Assembly: GCA_009602725.1 (NCBI GenBank)
Contig: WELB01000025.1
Location: 453,276 to 517,275 of the forward strand
Origin: Spirogloea muscicola
Taxonomy: Eukaryota
Reading direction: 5' to 3'
Length of the DNA: 64,000 bases
A program made the position numbers and the translations under genes. The notes under the pieces are model-generated. The model was given only the letters and a program-made list of their open reading frames with translations, was not told where the DNA came from and ran no database searches. Below, piece by piece: positions 59,703-64,000 of the stretch. How positions within the stretch are numbered: position 1 is the stretch's first letter; each line of letters starts with the position of its first letter.

Positions 59703-62312
59703 TTATTCAAATGCTTGTCGGTTGCTGAAAAGTGAAAGGACAGAGAGTACGTCTTGCAATTTGGGATTGCCAATCAGGATCTTTAGCTGCATGCTGTCCA
59801 GATCGAAAATTGCTGTATGCAACGTAAACACCCGCGGACCTGCAAAAGCATGATATATGTACTGCATCATGACACAACATTAAAGCCGAACAAAGTACAA
59901 GCGAAAGTTACAGGACGTGCCATCAAAACATGCTGCACCAAATGTAGTCCAAGTAACACATGCAGGAAAAGTGGACACTTGCAAAAGAAAGGGCTAATCT
60001 CCCCCTGTCAATGTTGGTGACTGTTGCTATCTACTAGAAGCATGGGTTCTGGATTACCTGCTGTCTCGAAAACGATGCCGCCCATATACATCGGAAACTC
60101 CTTATCTGCAGTATCTCCTAGAATCGCTGAGATGGAAACCTCATTGCAGCCAGGAGGCAGCTCTTCAGCTCGCCTTTGCCTGTGGAGGGAGCTTGGCTGC
60201 TGCCTCTGCATCATTTGCCAACTTAAACATCAGTCAGAGCAATAATAATGTTTGCTGATGAACAGAGAACGCTACTTGATATACCAACAAGCCTTTGCAT
60301 AAGCCACCTTCTAGCACTTAAGAACGGCTCCATCTGAGTAACCAATTGCACGCCCAGCCTTGCCATGGCTGTCAACTGACAAACATCTGAAAAACGTCTG
60401 CACGTGCTGTGAACGGTGACACCTGTGCAGGGTATGTTTTCCAGGAAGATCCGAGCAACGTACCTGCTTGACCAGAAGCCGCCTGTACATGTTAGCATGG
60501 AAATAGGGTGTTTCACCTATCTCCAGCAAAGAGTGGCGATCTCTTGATGTTGTCTCAACAGTCACTATGTGGCGATTCCCAATGTCCATGATGTTGTAAT
60601 TGTGTCCTACTGCAAGATTTGGTAGTACGACTCGCTGCAGGACTAGATTAGGGCAATTTGGGCAATGCAATGCTCCAACACCACACGGCACAATCCATCA
60701 GAATACATGATAACACAGAGTGGCACATGCAGTCAACAGCATGTCATTGATAGGAGGTGCTACCATCTGCAAGCAAGGCAACCTTAGTGCTCAATAACCA
60801 AGGAGTGGATGTGGTCGCCCATGTCATTATGGCTATCTTAGGTACAAAGTGTGGCTTGGCACATTCTTGACTATGTCCCCACTTACTCTGATGGCGTCCT
60901 GATAATCAGCAGCTTCCAGGAGATCACGAGAGACAAAGTTGCGAGCTACTCCACCAGCCACCACTTCAGATGGGCAAGGTGGTACAGCATTCAGCGTGAA
61001 GGCCTGAGACCACACGGTCTGAGACCTTGATGAGAAAGGACAACGTCTTGATGAACACCCTCATGCTGTGACATGGCCACACCGTCATACATGCAGCAGG
61101 TCTTGACAAAAACCCAAGGGGGGCAAGCAAAGCAGCTGTAGCTGCTCTGAGGACCACAGTAGTAGGTCTGTTATTATTGACAGGAAAGTTCGGCTCAGTA
61201 CAAAGCTCTACCAAGAGACCTCACCACACCATTGCTGTTGTAACCAAATGCACAACTTGGCAACTCGCCAGCATATGTGTAAGCTGGAAATTTAACTCCA
61301 GTCTCTAATTTGGCATGCACCAGGTACCTGTCACGAAGGTGGTACTATGTAAGGCTCACGAACAGGATTCCCATATCTGAGAGTGGCCATTGAAGGAGTG
61401 AGGAGCCAAGGAGGTACATTTAAAGGTCAGATTTGTAAATAGAAGGGCCAATTGGGATGGAGCTACGAGCATGAATGCAGGTTCCCCACCAGCAAGCCTA
61501 CTGGTGCTTACACGTGGCCTCTCAGAGCTTCGTCGGCATCCTCGTTATGGCCAACAAGTGCAGCAGCTTTGCTGCACACGAGCACGTCCGAGCACTGATC
61601 GGCCTGCGAGCCTGCCTCCCGCGCTTGGGCGTCAGGCAGAAACGGAGCCAGCTCCTTTCGAAGGTTAATAAGCAATATCTGCATCGCAGAAGGCCGAGAA
61701 GAATTTGTCACCTCGTAATCAGCCAAATGCAGGGCGCTGAGAGGCCCATGCAGGCTGAAGCTCAGTCTCTATGCTCCGGGCCATGTAGGCTGGTATCGAG
61801 ACGCGATCCCCACCTCAAGGAAGGGCTGGTCACTGCCTGCAGCGACTCCCTGCAGCTCCGACCAGTACCTAGGGAACAGAGACCTGCAGAGCTGACGCAG
61901 AGCGCCATGCCCCGCTAGTAACCGCGATCAAGTAGTGGACACCCTGACGGAATTTGAGCGTCAGAAGCAGGGATGATCATCAGCTTGTGCAGATCGACTG
62001 AGGAGCCGACGATGGCTTCGTCATCACGTCACTACCAATGTCTCCTCGTTAGCATCGCAACAAAGGGACCAAGCTGTGTCACTTGTTGGTCTCGGACAGC
62101 GCTTCCACCAGCTCGGCGCCCCGGGGGCTCGCCGCGAACGGCAGCAGCGCCGTCCGCAGGTTCCGGTCGCCCGCCAGCCTGCCGGCGATGAGCTCCGCGA
62201 ACGCGCGGCCGATGGCGAGGCCCATCTGGTAGGGGCTGCCGGCGACGGCCAGCGACGGGAGGCGGCGTTCGGCGGCGGCCGCCGCGGCCGGAGCGGCGGC
62301 GAGGCCCGCCAT
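59703..62312 (-). CDS. Peptidase C45 / AAT-family Ntn-hydrolase (Tan/IAT-like)
   Basis: GSPYQMGLAIG; FPRYWSELQGVAAGS; autoprocessing site DQ|CSDV; GHNED; YTYAGELPSCAFGYNSNGV; AFTLNAV; FHANMY; SSLHRQ; last exon GPRVFTLHTAIFDL...GNP...AFE*. Confidence 0.88.
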
Positions 62313-62448
62313 GCGGCCAGGCTTGGGTGCACACTGACTTCCCTCGTTCAGTATTTCCGTCTTCTCCCAATAGATCCCCATTATTGTCTCCCATCTATCG
62401 CCGTCGCACCACCGACGGCGCCTGGCCCTGCCAATGTCCGCCGGCCCT

Positions 62449-62483
<35 letters not shown>

Positions 62484-62494
62484 GCATTGCCTCC
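62313..62494. promoter_or_regulatory. Very compact bidirectional promoter (182 bp between ATGs) with a (GCC)n tract
   Basis: C45 ATG at 62312 (-) and F-box ATG at 62495 (+). CCAAT at ~62367 and ~62431; GCC run at ~62449-62481. Confidence 0.7.
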
Positions 62495-64000
62495 ATGGAT
62501 GCCTCGCCGCTGCCGCAGGAGCTGCTGTGGAAGGTGCTGGCCTGCCTCGAGGACGCGCCGGACCTGGGGCTGGCCATGTGCGCCTGCCGCGCCTTCCGGG
62601 AGGCCGCCCGCCGCGCGCGCCGCCTCCGCTTCCGCTTCTCGCACAAGGCCCGCGCGCCCGGCCTGCTGTCCGTCGACCAGGCGGCCCTCTGGACCGGCGA
62701 GCACGCAGGCCAGTGGCCTGGCTTCGGCTCGTCCACGATGGGCTCGTTCACAATGGGCTGCCCATTAGTTATGTCCTGACCACTCTGGAAAGGGCGGAGC
62801 TCCTCGGCTAACGTGGGTTTCGCGTGGCTTGGCAGATGCCCTCCTCACCAGCATCATCTTCAACCTTCAGCGCAGCCACCTGCAGGTCCTCGAGATCGGG
62901 TGGAACGACAAGCCCGTGATAGCGCAGAGCTTCACTGGCTACTCTCCTGGGGCGGTGGCCGCGTGGCTCATGTGCCTGAAGTCCAGTCTCAAGGGTGAGA
63001 GTACCACCGTAAAGCTCATGGCTGCCCTTTGCTCGACTTTGAGTACGAGCTGGGCACGAGCTGGGAAAGTGTTAGTAGTGGCATTCATAAGACCGTGCTC
63101 ATTTGACCTTCGGCTTCATGCTTCTGCATCCTGCAGAATTCCGCTTGGAGAACAGGCGGGTGGTTCACGAAGACTATATCGAAAATGACAGTCGGAAGAG
63201 GTGCCATACTTGTGAATGGAGCATGCTGTCCCCTGACTGAAGCCATAGACATACAGACTGATGCATGCATCTTCCAACAGTACAATCATATGGATACGCT
63301 TTGTGCCGTTTGTGGAAGCTTTGAAGATGGGTTTTGCAGCATACATGTTATCTGACGGTGGTTGATCTGTCTTTCAACAGCCCTGTACTGAGCCATCAAG
63401 TGTTCACTCATCTCCACAAGAGCGGCATCTGCGTGCTGGAACTCACTGATATCCAGCTGCCAAGCCAGCTGCATATGCTTCGACTACCCAGCCTGGTCAA
63501 ACTTCACCTCAGCCACATCTCACTTGCACCAACTAGAAGTGTCATTGATGACATTTTGACTGGTGAATACATGCTGTCTCTTAACCTACTCTAAGCAGTC
63601 TCTGGGGATGTTTCTGGTGAAGCTTTTGCTTTGCTACATTTGAAGTGGACTATTGAGGCGTGCTATGTCAATTTGCTCGCGTCTGTGCACAATCAAGAGC
63701 TGCTTCACTTACACAATCACCAACTGACAGGAGACTGTGTTGTCTCTCACTGGAAGCTTCCTTTGGTGGTCCACTCACGCCATCGCTGTGTCCAAGCCAG
63801 GTTGCCCTGTTCTTGAAGATTTCACCCTTGAAAAAGTAGGTATGCATCATGGAGACCCTCTGGCGTATATGTGGAGATCTGCAAGCCTGAAGAGGCTGCA
63901 AATTCGACAAGTTGGAGTTGTGGATGACCTCTGCTTGCACATGCCCTCCTTGAAGGTCTTACAATCAGCTCAAGTCCATCAATATACTTGCACGCATTAG
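62495..64000 (+). CDS. F-box/LRR protein, truncated by the window end
   Basis: F-box MDASPLPQELLWKVLACLEDAPDLGLAMCACRAFREA, followed by LRR-like exons (LQVLEI, LPSLVKLHLSHI, CPVLEDFTL, SLKRLQI, MPSLKVL). Confidence 0.85.

Overview
Eukaryotic, intron-rich genomic window, most likely from a streptophyte green alga or early plant. Support: plastid-targeted ELIP, HSP90-5 and PPD6, a streptophyte-type HD2 deacetylase, and TTTAGGG-type repeats. I can assemble about 14 spliced protein-coding genes by hand: ELIP, CCX exchanger, plastid HSP90, a full STEAP2-4-like metalloreductase, a BRCT-less RFC1, a Pro/Cys-rich TPD1-like candidate, PPD6, otubain, HD2, UBE2C/UBC19-20, two tandem His/Gly/Pro-rich (GPRP-like) genes, a C45 Ntn-hydrolase and a truncated F-box/LRR gene. 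Gene 5' ends sit in GC/CpG-rich islands. Intergenic space is packed with 5'-truncated ends of restriction-like-endonuclease (RLE) non-LTR retrotransposons. These share a conserved C-terminal peptide (SDLxLLTRGY*) and a conserved structured 3' terminus (GGGCTGG...CAGCC...CTTC tail), and are stacked head-to-tail beside promoters. The most notable items are the animal-type STEAP, the stacked retroelement-end system, a U12 AT-AC intron in HD2, the TPD1-like domain, and an orphan CpG island carrying a telomere-template-like tract. All exon boundaries and homologies come from manual reading and recall, not database searches.
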